Positions 13,110 to 24,950 of a DNA stretch of 64,000 bases are shown piece after piece (positions within the stretch are counted from its first letter, which is position 1; each line of letters begins with the position of its first letter). The stretch spans positions 5,270,001 to 5,334,000 of the forward strand of contig CDPCPM010000016.1 in the NCBI GenBank assembly GCA_976551045.1, in the 5' to 3' direction. Made by a program: the position numbers and the translations under genes. Origin of the DNA: Glaucostegus cemiculus (lineage: Eukaryota). The notes under the pieces were generated by a model, which saw only the letters and a program-made list of their open reading frames with translations, did no database searches and was not told the DNA's origin.

Positions 13110-13272
13110 AAATGCACAGACATGCCCGCCCACACACACGTACACACAAACACAAATTGACATCCACAATGATATTCATGCCCACAAGCACAGACCCAGA
13201 CACGCAGACTCCCACAAGCGCACACAGCCACAAACACACGCACGCGCACTCACAAACACACACATACACACT
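13110..13272. repeat. Degenerate (CA)n-rich simple repeat
   Basis: Interrupted cacacacacg/cacaaacaca tracts. These explain the low-complexity HT/VC ORFs here. Confidence 0.8.
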
Positions 13273-14267
13273 CAAAGATTTAATGAGACGGCACCAGAGA
13301 AATTGTGTAAAGTGGCCACCTTCAGAGGTACAGGGAGAACAAGTGCAGGTAAACAGATGTGGTTACATAAATCGGGCAATAGGTGACATCGCTACCTTAC
13401 CAGTTCTTTGGTGAGGTCCACGATTATGTGCAATAGGACATATCTGCTGAGACCCACCAGAACTGCTGGCAGTAATCCCATAACTAGCCAATTTCCAGGC
13501 ATAGGCCAAAGGGCAGCCTTTGTTTTCAAAGAGCACTAGCTCTGGGATACTTGCACTGTACCAGTCGCCTTCTGCAGACTTCCCAGCTTTCAGGCTAGGA
13601 AATGCACTGGCCAGCAGGCCTGTTAAAAGGAATAGAAAAGGTAAGTAGAGCTTTTTTTTTGATTTAAATTAGTTTAAATATTTTAATTGTTTTTAAGTGC
13701 ATGTGTATTTTTTTTTCAGTTTTCAAGTTGTACATTTTTTGCTAGTAATTTTAATTCTTTTAACACCTTCCATGTTTTTAGAAGGTCCAGGGTGCTTTTG
13801 AATGTTTGTGACCACATTGGCTGTCAAAGTCATTGTGAGTGCAGCTGATCACCTGTAGTTGGTGAGCCCCTGCACTGCAATACCCTGCGCTAAACTTTTC
13901 CAGTGGCTGAGAGCCAGGCTACCTGGCAAAGCCTGCGCCCTGAACCACATTGGATGAAACACTGTGGTTTGGATCAGGCAATCAGGTGTCCTGAGCCTCT
14001 AAGGACCTTGTACAATCAATATTGCTTCTGTGTTCTATGAGTGTAAATTCTGCTGGGATCCATTTTCCTTACATCCTCTCTGATTCTCTTTTAATCCACC
14101 CTGTGCAGATCCGTTTAGTCCTCCTCTACGTTGACACATAGGATACACTGGTAATGAATAAATATGGTTGCTGTTGCCAGGATCCTTTTGTCGATGGTCA
14201 AGGCCAACTGCTGGTCTTCTTCAAGTGGCCCACAACCTCATTTAAGAGAATGAAGGTGTGTGAAAGC

Positions 14268-14600
14268 AGGGGTGGTACAGTGGTGCAGCAGCTTTTGCTG
14301 CTGCTTCACAGCTCCAACAACCTGGGTTCAATCCTGACCACCAATGTTGTCTGCACATTGTCCCTGCATTGAGTGGCTTTCCTCAAGATACCCCAGTTTT
14401 GTCCCACACCCAAAAGGTATGCAGGTTGTTCGATTAAATGGCTGTTGTAAACTACTGTTAAAATAAGTGAGCAGTAGGAAAATCAGGGAAAGCTGATGAG
14501 TATGTAAGAAGACAATAGGCTATGTGTGAATGGGATTAATGAGATTGCTCTGAGAGCTGGTGTAGACTAAATGGTCTCCTTTAATGTCATGAAATGAAAA
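14268..14600 (+). mobile_element. Old tRNA-derived V-type SINE
   Basis: ggtacagtggtgcagc (A-box-like), ctgggttcaatcctgacc (B box), and a decayed core gtggctttcctcaagataccccagttttgtcccacacccaaaag. Confidence 0.7.
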
Positions 14601-15139
14601 AATATGAGGATGCCAAAAAAGAACTGCAATAGGTTGTTCCCAACTGAAGAAATCACAATTGCACCCCTGAAGGCTCAGAAAATCCCTTGTTTCCACCCAT
14701 CACAGCTGAACATAAAAACAGCTGTAGTTTGTAACACTGAGGCTAACTTACCCTAAAATGAACATAAAAGCAGGAAACTTGGCTTTGCAGCTCTACTGGC
14801 CCCAATTATTTTTTCCAGATAGATCGTGAGAAAGTCTAAAAGGATGATGGAATTTGGGCTGGAAAACCACAGGGAAACCTTGCTTGGAAACCTTGCTTGC
14901 CTCAATTATATATTGAAATTCCATCAAGAGTGTTGTAGCATATTTAGACCTGAAGATTATTTTACCAGTAGATTGCATGTTAAACAACTGTCCCAAGTTG
15001 GGGAAAAATTAGAACAATGCAAGCAGGTGTACACAGGTACAGAACATAAAAGCAGAATATTTTATATGTGGTGAGAAATTGGATAATGTTGATTTTCATA
15101 GGGACCAAGTGTGCACAAATTAATTTTGGTCGGCTTCAC

Positions 15140-15630
15140 CAAAAAGAGGAACTACAGCAAAAATTCACTCGACTGGTTCCAAGGATGGTGGTTTTGCTAT
15201 ATGAGGAGAGATTAAGTAGACTCTGCTTATATTCTCCAGAGTTTAGAAGAATGGCAGGCGATCTCAATGAAACTTTAAAAATTCTTTCAGGCTTTTAACA
15301 TCTGGATACAGACTGGATGTTTCTCCTGGCTAAGGATGTGGAACCAGGAATCAGTCTAAAATAAGGGATAGGCCTTTACAGACTGAAACGAGGAGAGATT
15401 TCTTCATGCAGAGCTGAATCTTTGGAATTCTTCACCTCAGAGGGCTGTGATTCAGTCACTGAGTTGATTCAAAACAGTGTCTGACAAATTCCTGGACATT
15501 AGGAGAATGAAGGAATAGGGGGATAGTGTGAGAAAACAGCCTGGAGTTAGAAGATCACCCATGAAGAATGGCAGAGCAGGGTCAAAAGGACAAATGGCCT
15601 ACTCCTGTTCCTATTTCTTATGTTCTTATA
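15140..15630 (+). mobile_element. CR1 LINE 3' fragment
   Basis: QQKFTRLVPRMVVLLYEERLSRLCLYSPEFRRMAGDLNETLKIL is a CR1 ORF2 C-terminus. Tail ggcctactcctgttcctatttcttatgttcttat. Confidence 0.8.
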
Positions 15631-18316
15631 AAAGGTAGCATTGTTTGTTGTGAAGAAAGCAGTTAGTCATGTAATTGTTATTATTGACCAATAGATTGTA
15701 TATTGCTGTATTCTTTTGTTAGGTACCTGTTACAAAAACACTTACAAATACACAATGGTGTTACTGTTAATTTTTTTGTGCATGTGTACCAGCTACCCAT
15801 TTATGTCTTGCAACTTTCATTAGATATTCCTTTGCCGATCTTTATTTTTTCTCTTGTGAAAGTTTTGGACATCCATCAATTTCATGATAGCCTTTCTGTC
15901 TGTGCAAACTTCACCATCAATATATCCCACCCTAGCATTTTCCCAGTATATCCAACGCATAAAGATTGCAGGGCCGCATATTTAACATGGCTTCTTTACT
16001 CTCTCCCGCCACTGCTAGTTTCCATCCACATCGCAGCATCAGGTTGAAATGCCTTCTCATTAAGACACAGATCCCAGGCTCCTGTTTTTGCTCCCACATA
16101 GATCTAACTGACTATCTTCCATTCATGAACTAGTATTTTCTCTCAATCCCTGTTTCACAGTAAACTCCAGATTCACCAATGCAAGATAGTGCCACAGTTC
16201 CTGATCCACTACCACTGTGGCAGAATAGCCACCTCATCTAGGATCGAAGTACTGCTAAACTGAGCATTGACCAGTAAAATATATTACCTCAGTGAGTTAA
16301 TGAAGAAAAGATCTTAAAATCTATATAGAGAAGAAGGAAGGTCTTTCAGAAAGAGAGGGAGTCAGTAAGGCAGAGATTTGTTGATGAGAGCTGAGTTATG
16401 ATATTGAGTAGCATGCAGGAATAAAGTGTATTCAACAAAAAGAAAAACAACTTGGGAAACAGAATGACAGAGAGGAAGAGAAAGGAGACAATAATAAGAA
16501 GGAGTCTTAGTTTTGTTTTATTTTTGACCACATGCTGCACCAAAGACCAAATCATTTCCATAAATTCTATTTACATGACTACAAAGAAATCTCACATAAA
16601 AACAAGTCTGTTGCAATGATGCAACCAGAGCCTTCTGACCAAGTAACTCTAGTAATGCTTATGAGAAAATTTGTCTTGGAATTGTGAGATTTTGAAATTT
16701 TATTTTGCAATACTTAACTATTTAGAAAAGATCCTCAAATGCTCTCCATAGATTTTTTGTGATATAGTGCCTGGATTTAAGCCAGATGGATAACAGCTGG
16801 AAGCATGCAGTAGTTCTTGAGGCACCCTAATCACTTCTAGTGATAGATGCAACTCATTGTATTCCCCAGGAGTGCTTTCCATTACTAAACGTAATTGACC
16901 ATTTTCAAACTTGTCTTTCATCTAGGTATGGAATGTTTATTAGCAATATTTCTACACCAGTTGCTTGATTTCTTCAAAATAAACAGCCACAACCTTGATA
17001 ATTAACTTCCTATTTCTGGTGGAAGTTTTATTTTTCCTTTCTGTTATTTAAGGTTTAATCTTACAAATGTGGGTCATGTTAGTCCTTTCTTGGGCATTAA
17101 CCATTTAGGTAAATGCCCCTTGATTAGCAATGTAATTCTTTTTTAACAGTTGTGCTTCAGAATCCATGAACCTAAGATTTATAAATAACAGATATAAAAT
17201 AGCAAGATTTTCTTTTCACAGAGGAAACATAAATCTCATTTTTTGGTATATTTCACATTCTGCATTATTGATGGATCCAAATTGCTCTGCTAATTCACCG
17301 TATGAATGACATAAAAAGATTTTGTATACGACATACATTAGCATCAATTTTCCTGGAATTCCCTCAACTTTTACCATAAAGTGTGTAGCTCAAAAAAATT
17401 GCAGAATTTTGGAAGTAAATTAATTTCTCACTAAACTACAGTATACCCAAGTCTCTTCAACCTTTATGTTCATTTATCAAACCATAAGACTAAACTAATC
17501 TCTGCCCATAAAAGTGGCGAAGCTCCTGACTCCCAAGTGTGATTATTCTCCAGCTGTACATTCAGGGTGAGTTTCTCATCAGTACATCTAATTTTAAATG
17601 CCATTCCGATACAAAGGTATTTTCTGATCTTTTAATTGCTATTTTTGATAGCATGTTTTAAAAATGTACACCAGCCCTTGAGATCTGCATATTAACTTTT
17701 TATTTTAATCCAATGTGATGGCAATGTATAGGTTGCATCAAAATTTGAAAAGGATACCCGGTTGGATATCCAGAAGAGTACTTTAAAAAAAAAAAACTGT
17801 TTGAAATGCATGGCTGATGGTAAAATGGATAGGAAAGGGAAAATTTCATAACGCTAGAGTTAGTATACATTTGGGCATATCTTTGAAGAATAGGTAAATA
17901 CTTGGGAATTTTTTCGGCATTGACAAAATGGGATTAGGGTCACACTGACAGGAAATATTAAGCCATCGTATTTAATTGTATCCTGTACCATTGTTCTGAA
18001 TACTTTTCATTACAAAGCTTTTTATTTAACTGCATTTATAAAATTAAGCTTAGATTGCTGCATTGGAAGAAAAAACAATCATGATTTAAGCAATTTGAAA
18101 CAGGCTGATATGTGTAAACTGATGAAGATTGAACTCCGTATCTCTACTCTTGTAAGGATTGGACAGCAGTTCCACCTCTTGCAAGGCCAAAAGGAAATTC
18201 CTGCAAACATTAGGAACTCAGTGCAAAAAAGGTCCCTGCCATTTCAAAGTAGGTTCGAACAACTGTGCGAAATGTTTGGCAGTGCTCAATGGAATAAATT
18301 CAAGGTGCGCTTGTTT

Positions 18317-18339
18317 TATATATATATATATATATATAT
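18317..18339. repeat. (TA)n microsatellite
   Basis: About 11 TA units. Confidence 0.9.
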
Positions 18340-21300
18340 GAATGACATGATGTTATCGTCAGTGTTGTTTCAAAAAACAAATCACATAAATGCTGCTTTC
18401 GCTTTCCTATATTGTGATGGTATCCAGAATCCAATGAGACAAGTTATTTCTCTCATAACATGTAGAGCAAATTCAATGTGCAGCTGTTCCAGCAGAATAT
18501 ACTTGCAGAGCATGAGAAGATTCTCCCAAGCTAGAAAATAGATCCATTATAAATGACAGCTGCTGAATTATCACAGACCATCTCCAATCAATAGCATTGA
18601 TATCCTCATGAGACTAGTATCATCACCTGTGTGAAGTTGATATTATTTGTCAGATCTTAGACTAAGTATTACCCAGATATTGCTCGTTGCAGACATGGAA
18701 TTACTTGAAGCTAGAGACTCTCACATAAAACAGTTTCACTAACCACTTGGCTCCCATCAACCATACTGGCATTGGATGCAAAAGTAGTATCTCTCTTTAA
18801 GAATTGTCTATGGTATCTTAAAGGGTTCACAACCGAAAGCTTTAGTGGTTATTTCTAAGCATGCATTAGCCAGTCATCTTGATTCTTGAAATAATAATGA
18901 CACTTCAGTATCATAAAAAAAAATCATAAGTCTCTAGATTCTCAGGTAATAACATTAATGGTTCTGTGCCTTCATGTTGGCTTATATTTCAAAGGGGTGA
19001 AGTACAATGGTACAAAAGTCTTATTGCAACTCAAGCACCAGTGAAATCATATCTAGAGTATTGCAAACAGCTTTTGGTCAGCTAATTGGGGGAAACCAGC
19101 CTGCCATGTTGTAGTTCTGTATTCAGACCAAGAACTGCTATCTTGCACCCTTTAGAGCTCCCTGGTCCTAAACCTGCTGTTTCTTTTCTGCTTTAATTTA
19201 ACCCACATGAGGTGGAATCTGAGCACACACCACCCTAGCAAATACACCCACCAAGCTCAAATGCCTCACTCCTAACCAGAAGAGGTTATGAATAATTGAA
19301 ATGCCCAAAAAGGTTTCCTTTCCCTGTAACATACTAGTCTGGATGCTTGTCAGATCCCTGTCCTGCTTCCATCTGGGCTGTGCTGTGAATTTTATCTGCT
19401 GAATATGAAGTTTAGATCATTAGTGTAAATTTAACATGTACTCCATTGCTTCCACCCAGTCTAGATAAAAAACCTCAAATCCCATGTCTTTTTTTCATCT
19501 TGTATCACTTTAAAGTCAGTGAGCATCATTATCTTTAATGGGACTTGACAAACACCATGGGGTTCTTCATTTGTTCCCCCATGGGCTCCTGTGAAACCAG
19601 GAACTCTTGTTTCCAGACTTTTCCTGCTGAAATTACACAACTGCTATTACAGATGGTGCTCAGCAGAAATATTTTAGCTTTTTTATTGTTCTCCCATAAG
19701 TATGATGCCCTGATAGAAGAAAGACTTTTACGGTGAGCAGTTTTATTCACAATCATGCTGTAGAAATAAAGCCAAAATTAGAAATTCAAAGTGGTTAAAA
19801 TGTTTTGGATCTTTTAAGAGTCCCATCGTTCGTGGAGCTTACTGTCAATGTACACCGTGTGGGCATAATCCAATCCTGTTTGAAACAAATGGGTTTAATT
19901 ATAGTGTGTTATTATATTCAAATGCAGTCATGTTGCCTTCTCAGCAAGACCAACCAGTCTAAAAGGCTGCTGGAAAATTGCACCTGGCACAAAAATCTGA
20001 TAAATCTGGTCTTGTGGATTTGGGCCAAATTTTTAGTTCCCTCAGCACCTGTTCTGCCCCTGTGCCACTGGATTTAGCACCTAGAAAATGAACCCCCTTG
20101 TCTGTCATTAGCTATTAACCTTTGAACTCTGATTTATGGTAAGATTTGAATCTACTGAAAGTAATTTTGTATACCATACTTATTGGAGAATTGCACTTAA
20201 TATTTTTAAAATGGCATTTCATTAAATGTTGGTTTCATTTGAACTAAAATACAAATGTTTTGCTAAAAGCTGTAAATCCATACTTTATTTTACTCCTCTT
20301 CTAAAGGCGCCCAATAAATCACATTCTTTTTTGTATGGATCAAAAGTGAATTGTGGATCAACTTGTACTCATTTTAAATAGGCACACATTTTGGGTTCCA
20401 AGAATGTCCTAAATCTGTCCAAGAATAATATCAGTTTTGAGATGTAATAATTCCAAACCCTGCCCAGTGATGTATTCTGACAACATTCTAATCCATTTCT
20501 TGGCTAAGTACCTAGTCATCTGGGCACACTGTAAATTCTGAACTTTTGGTCACTTGTTTCCAAAACAACTGTAGTAAATAATATTTTTCCTACTAGAAGT
20601 TAAGTATATTATTCTGAATAATTTCAAAAAATAAATGTAAGATTTAATAAATGATTAAATAATTAACATCTTAAAGTACTTGGGTGATTATTTATTAAGT
20701 GCTCAGAAACAGTTTTGTAAAGCCAGCTGCTGTTTCCCTGTCATTAGAAATGTGAACCTAAAATATAAAATAAGCAATCTATGAATGAGAAAAGTTGCTA
20801 AGCTTTTCATAATTACAGCTTTCAAATTATACTTTCTTGTGGAACGATTCCTTGAATGTTGTAAAGAAAGTTCCTGTAAATATTTCAAAGTTTTGTTTTA
20901 GGAATCTTCAGAGTTTTCCAACTGGAATTTCTTAAACTGAACAACTCAATGTTGCCTTCACTGAACTGAAGTTTCCAAGCTCAGCTTCAAACAGAATATA
21001 TTGTAAACAGTTCTTTTCAGCTTAATCTTCTGTTCAATTATAGTTGTAAAGTTTCCAGTGCCTTCATAAGTAATGAAAATTTTGAAAATATATTCACGAG
21101 CTTTACGAAAGCCAACTTGGTAAAATAATTTATAAGATCACCTGAATAAAACTGAAGCAAATGATATAACAAATACAGTGATAAATAGGATGTGATGATT
21201 TTTGAAACTGTATTTAGAAAGTTTATTTTTAGAAGTGGATTCCACCTTACTTGATATCCTATGATGCGAGAAGATTTTCAAGAAATCGTATAATCTTTTC

Positions 21301-21624
21301 CAGTGGATCCGAAACATGGAAATTCAATCACATAACACTGTTTCTTTTTTCAAGATCACGCAGTTTCAAATTGCATTTCTTCCAGGAGTGAAATGTGATA
21401 ACAAACATTTCTATGTCATTTTGCTTCACTCTGGAAATTTGATAGGTCACCCTTGCTCTCTCAGCTAGATTTTTGAGGCAGGGGTGCACCAAACAGCATC
21501 ATTCCCTGAGCAACAGTTCTTTTGAAGAAAGCAGGGGAGCCTAGACTGTGCTGTCCTGGGAGCAACCCTCAGGCAACTCGGTCCTCCCAGTGCTACACTG
21601 GATTATGACCTCTGGTAGGTAAGA

Positions 21625-21955
21625 CCCTGACTCAAGCTTTGGACCCTTTCCAGTTCAATACTGACTCAAGATACAGCCCCTCCTCCCATCTCAATTCAAG
21701 CACAAGCCTGCTCTCCTCCCTCATGATTTTTCCCACTACATTTGTCAAACCCATATTGAACTAGAAATATGTCAATATCAGATTAACCTGTAAGGTACTT
21801 CCAGAAGCAGGAACCTCAATTCAAAATGCAAGCTTCTATCCTTTCCCTGAATCTCCCCAAGCTCAATTCAAGGTACAGGCCTGATCTTTCTCCCTATCCC
21901 CTCTCAATCTCCCCAACTCAAGTCAAGGCACAGACCTGAATCCTTCCCCACCTCC
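21625..21955 (+). repeat. Degenerate minisatellite with core CTCAATTCAAGGCACAGGCCTGA
   Basis: Variants of the core at about 21665, 21690, 21815, 21862 and 21917, separated by CT-rich spacers. Confidence 0.6.
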
Positions 21956-22131
21956 CGTTCAGTTGTGCACTACATTTTCTAGGCATCAAAATGTAATATT
22001 GAAAACCATGTCTTAAAATGGTTTCAAAGTATGTTGCAGTCCAGTGTTATATATATATTTCATCAAAGAAATAGCTGTGAATTTGGTAACTAAATCCTTA
22101 TTGATGGTCTGTAATTGTGTCTTCATTTTAG

Positions 22132-22323
22132 CTTATCTTTTACTATGGATCAAATGATCACTGGTGCCCTGTTACATATTATGAAGATGTGAAGAGAAGC
22201 TTTCCTGAAGGAACTATTCTTCTTTGCCAAAAGGGAATTCGTCATGCCTTTGTTTTGGATGCCAGTGTAGAGATGGCTGAAATGGTTATAGAATGGTTAA
22301 GAACAGATCTTGCACATTTGTAA
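22132..22323 (+). CDS. LDAH: LDAH, last coding exon (not in the ORF track)
   Basis: Acceptor cttcattttag|CTT. Translates LIFYYGSNDHWCPVTYYEDVKRSFPEGTILLCQKGIRHAFVLDASVEMAEMVIEWLRTDLAHL*, with TAA at 22321-22323. Matches the LDAH C-terminus (LTFYYGTIDPWCP...YYEDIKKDFPEG...HAF), including the probable catalytic Asp and His of the alpha/beta hydrolase fold. Confidence 0.95.
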   Translation, partial: LIFYYGSNDHWCPVTYYEDVKRSFPEGTILLCQKGIRHAFVLDASVEMAEMVIEWLRTDLAHL

Positions 22324-22890
22324 TAGGACCATAGTATGTGTATGATGTGAAATATAAATATTTTTTACTTAAGTAGTGTGTTAATATTCTTGGGATTCCA
22401 ATGTGTTCTAGAACAGAACTATGCCTAGATTATTTAAACAAAATACATTAAATTTTAGACATATCTCCCAGGCAGACTTGGAAAATTATTTGCTTGAATG
22501 AATAATTGGTTGCTAAAGCTTTCAAAATATTTTTGATTGCAGTGTAATTTTTATATCTATGTATAGCTCTGAGTAAGTAAATCTGTTTTATATCAGGGTC
22601 ATTTTTACAGTCTAATGATTGTTGGCATTCACTGTCAACTTGTAGTTCATTAGGTTAGTTTTATTTTTCAATCAAAGGAACATTTTAGGTTTGAAAAGCA
22701 TAGATGCAACTTTTCCAAGCTCTGCCAAACTCTGGCAAGGGTAACTATTACAATATGCTTTAAAATCATTATTCTGTATTTGTCAAACTATCATCTATCA
22801 AATCTCATCTAACTAGAAGCCTGTCAAGACCAAATTAGTAATTAAGATATTTCCAGAGTGGGAAGCACTGTGTAATTGTATCTGGAGTCT

Positions 22891-22921
22891 ATTAAAGGAA
22901 CTAACATTTGTCTCAAATAAA
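22891..22921 (+). promoter_or_regulatory. Candidate LDAH polyadenylation signals
   Basis: ATTAAA at 22891 and AATAAA at 22916-22921, about 0.6 kb after the stop codon in AT-rich sequence. Not verifiable without transcripts. Confidence 0.3.
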
Positions 22922-24714
22922 ATACTCCACTGATGACCTTGCAAAGATTCCATCACCAACTTCTCCCTACCTCACCCTATCACCACTGTCAGAACTTCAA
23001 TGCGTTGCTCCTTTCTCACCCCCCAGAAAAAAAATCCTCTGCTTTCTTTCATTTGGAGAACCTTTATTGGCAACACCGCCACTGTAATGACAGCACTGAA
23101 GAGAATGGGAACTCACTTGCTTTGAATTTGTGCTGCCTTGCCACTTCACCATAGGGAGCAGCACAGGCACAAATTTACTTGTTAATACAATTTGCAGCAG
23201 CCCTGTCACTTACCATTCTCCTTTGCTACACTGCTCCCATTTATTGGTGGAATATAAGTTTCATACGCCCAGAATTGTATACACTTAAATTGAAATGGGG
23301 TAAATACAATTTTCATGTATTTCTATCTGTGCTTCAGTTGTATGTTGAGAAAACCTGTAAAGCCCCAGTGGCTCATGTTAAAGTAACTAAGATGTGTGCC
23401 TGTGGTTTCAATGACGAAAGCCCTAGAAAGGTAACCACACCACAGCTATGCATATATTTTTCCGCCAGTCAAAACTTTACAGGAAATTGCTTGTAAGCAG
23501 CATCAGTCTGTTACAGCAGCAGTCCCCTGAGACACTCTGCAATGACTTTCTAGCCTCAAGTCAATCTTGCACAACCCTCCAAAACAAAGCAGTGAATCAA
23601 TTCAACTGTTCCATTCTGTGTCTTCTAAACGATAATTTCTTTCTCCAAGATTTCTAAGGCAAGCTCGACTAACAATTTTTACTGCATTGCCATTATTTAG
23701 GGTTTCAATTTTGCCTCCTATAGGCCAAACATTCCTTCCGATCCACATGATGAGACCATACCTGAAGTGCCTACAACCCCACTATGCAACTTGGAGCTGG
23801 TTGCAGTGCAGAAGTGCACTACATTTCCAGAGTGGGTTCCTGACAATACAGTAATCCCCAGACTCAGGCTGGTAATGGACTGCTCCATGCTCCTTGACAT
23901 TTCTTACATTCCATCATTCAGCCCAGTTCCTCCGGCATCATAGTGTTTTTCATCTAGATATTCCAGCACCTGCAGTTGTTTGTTTCTCCAACACGCCAGG
24001 TATCTGGCGATGCATCCACATCACCTTTTCCATGTATACTCAACGTAGTACACTGCAGTAGGTCCCTCTAGAGCAACACCAGTGCCCAAACTCTCCCTCT
24101 GGGAACTTGCATTTTAGCTTAGAACTTTACATCTGAGTTGACTGTAACCCACTGGTGACAGTGATCTTTCAATCTGAAGTGCTCCCCTCAGACCTGCTTC
24201 TTCTGTCCTCTGTACCAGGATCTGAGGTGGTACCCTTGCAGGGTCAAGGAGAGAATAACAGAGTCTCTTCTCCTTCTTCTTCCTCAACTATCTGGTGTTC
24301 CTGAGCCAGGTGGTGGGTGAAACTTATGAAGGTGTTGTGTTGTGCTGATCATTAAGCTTCTTCTGATAGCCTGCAATGATTAGGACTCAAAGTAGAGCAC
24401 TGTAATGATTAGTCTGAGGTACTATTAATAGGACTGTCCAGCACCCAAGCAGATATGTGCAGACATGAGAGAAAGATAGATAGTGAATGGACCTAAGATA
24501 TTTGAATACGAGGAAGATTCTGTTCGCATCCTCAACTGCATCAGGGACCCTGGATACTGGCAATGATCATCAGAAGAAAAACTTTCTCTTCCAGTCTTGT
24601 GAGGCTCTGAACATGAAAGAGACTGTTCTTTCTTAAGTAAGGCTTCTATTTCCTGCAAACTTAGCTTGGAAAAATTATTTAAAGTGCCCTGTATTTGTCT
24701 GCAAACACTCAACC

Positions 24715-24950
24715 TTGACTTGGTCAGGTCTTGGAATTTCTTTGGGCATTGCTCCCAAGTATGGGGTGGGTGACTGCACGCAGACAGTATTTTGCCACTT
24801 CCTGCCATTTCACCATCATGTTTGCCCAGGATATGGCACCCTGGTACAGAGAATATTCCTCCACTGCTCCTCCCTTCTCCACCATGATGTTCATGAGGAC
24901 CAAACCGCTGGAGAGGCACATCCACCAGCATTTTCTTGGAACAAGTCTTC
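24715..24950 (-). mobile_element. Frameshifted Myb/SANT-like DNA-binding domain, probable PIF/Harbinger relic
   Basis: Joining two overlapping minus ORFs gives KWQEVAK-ILSACSHPPHTWEQCPKKFQDLTK, which fits the W..VA......RTW.QC.KK..DL trihelix pattern of Harbinger accessory proteins. Confidence 0.55.

Noticed and set aside
13034-13414. ORFs rich in HT/VC dipeptides
   Set aside because: They are translations of a degenerate CA repeat.
21625-21955. CRISPR-like repeat-spacer array
   Set aside because: The context is vertebrate, the repeats are divergent with irregular low-complexity spacers, and there are no cas genes.
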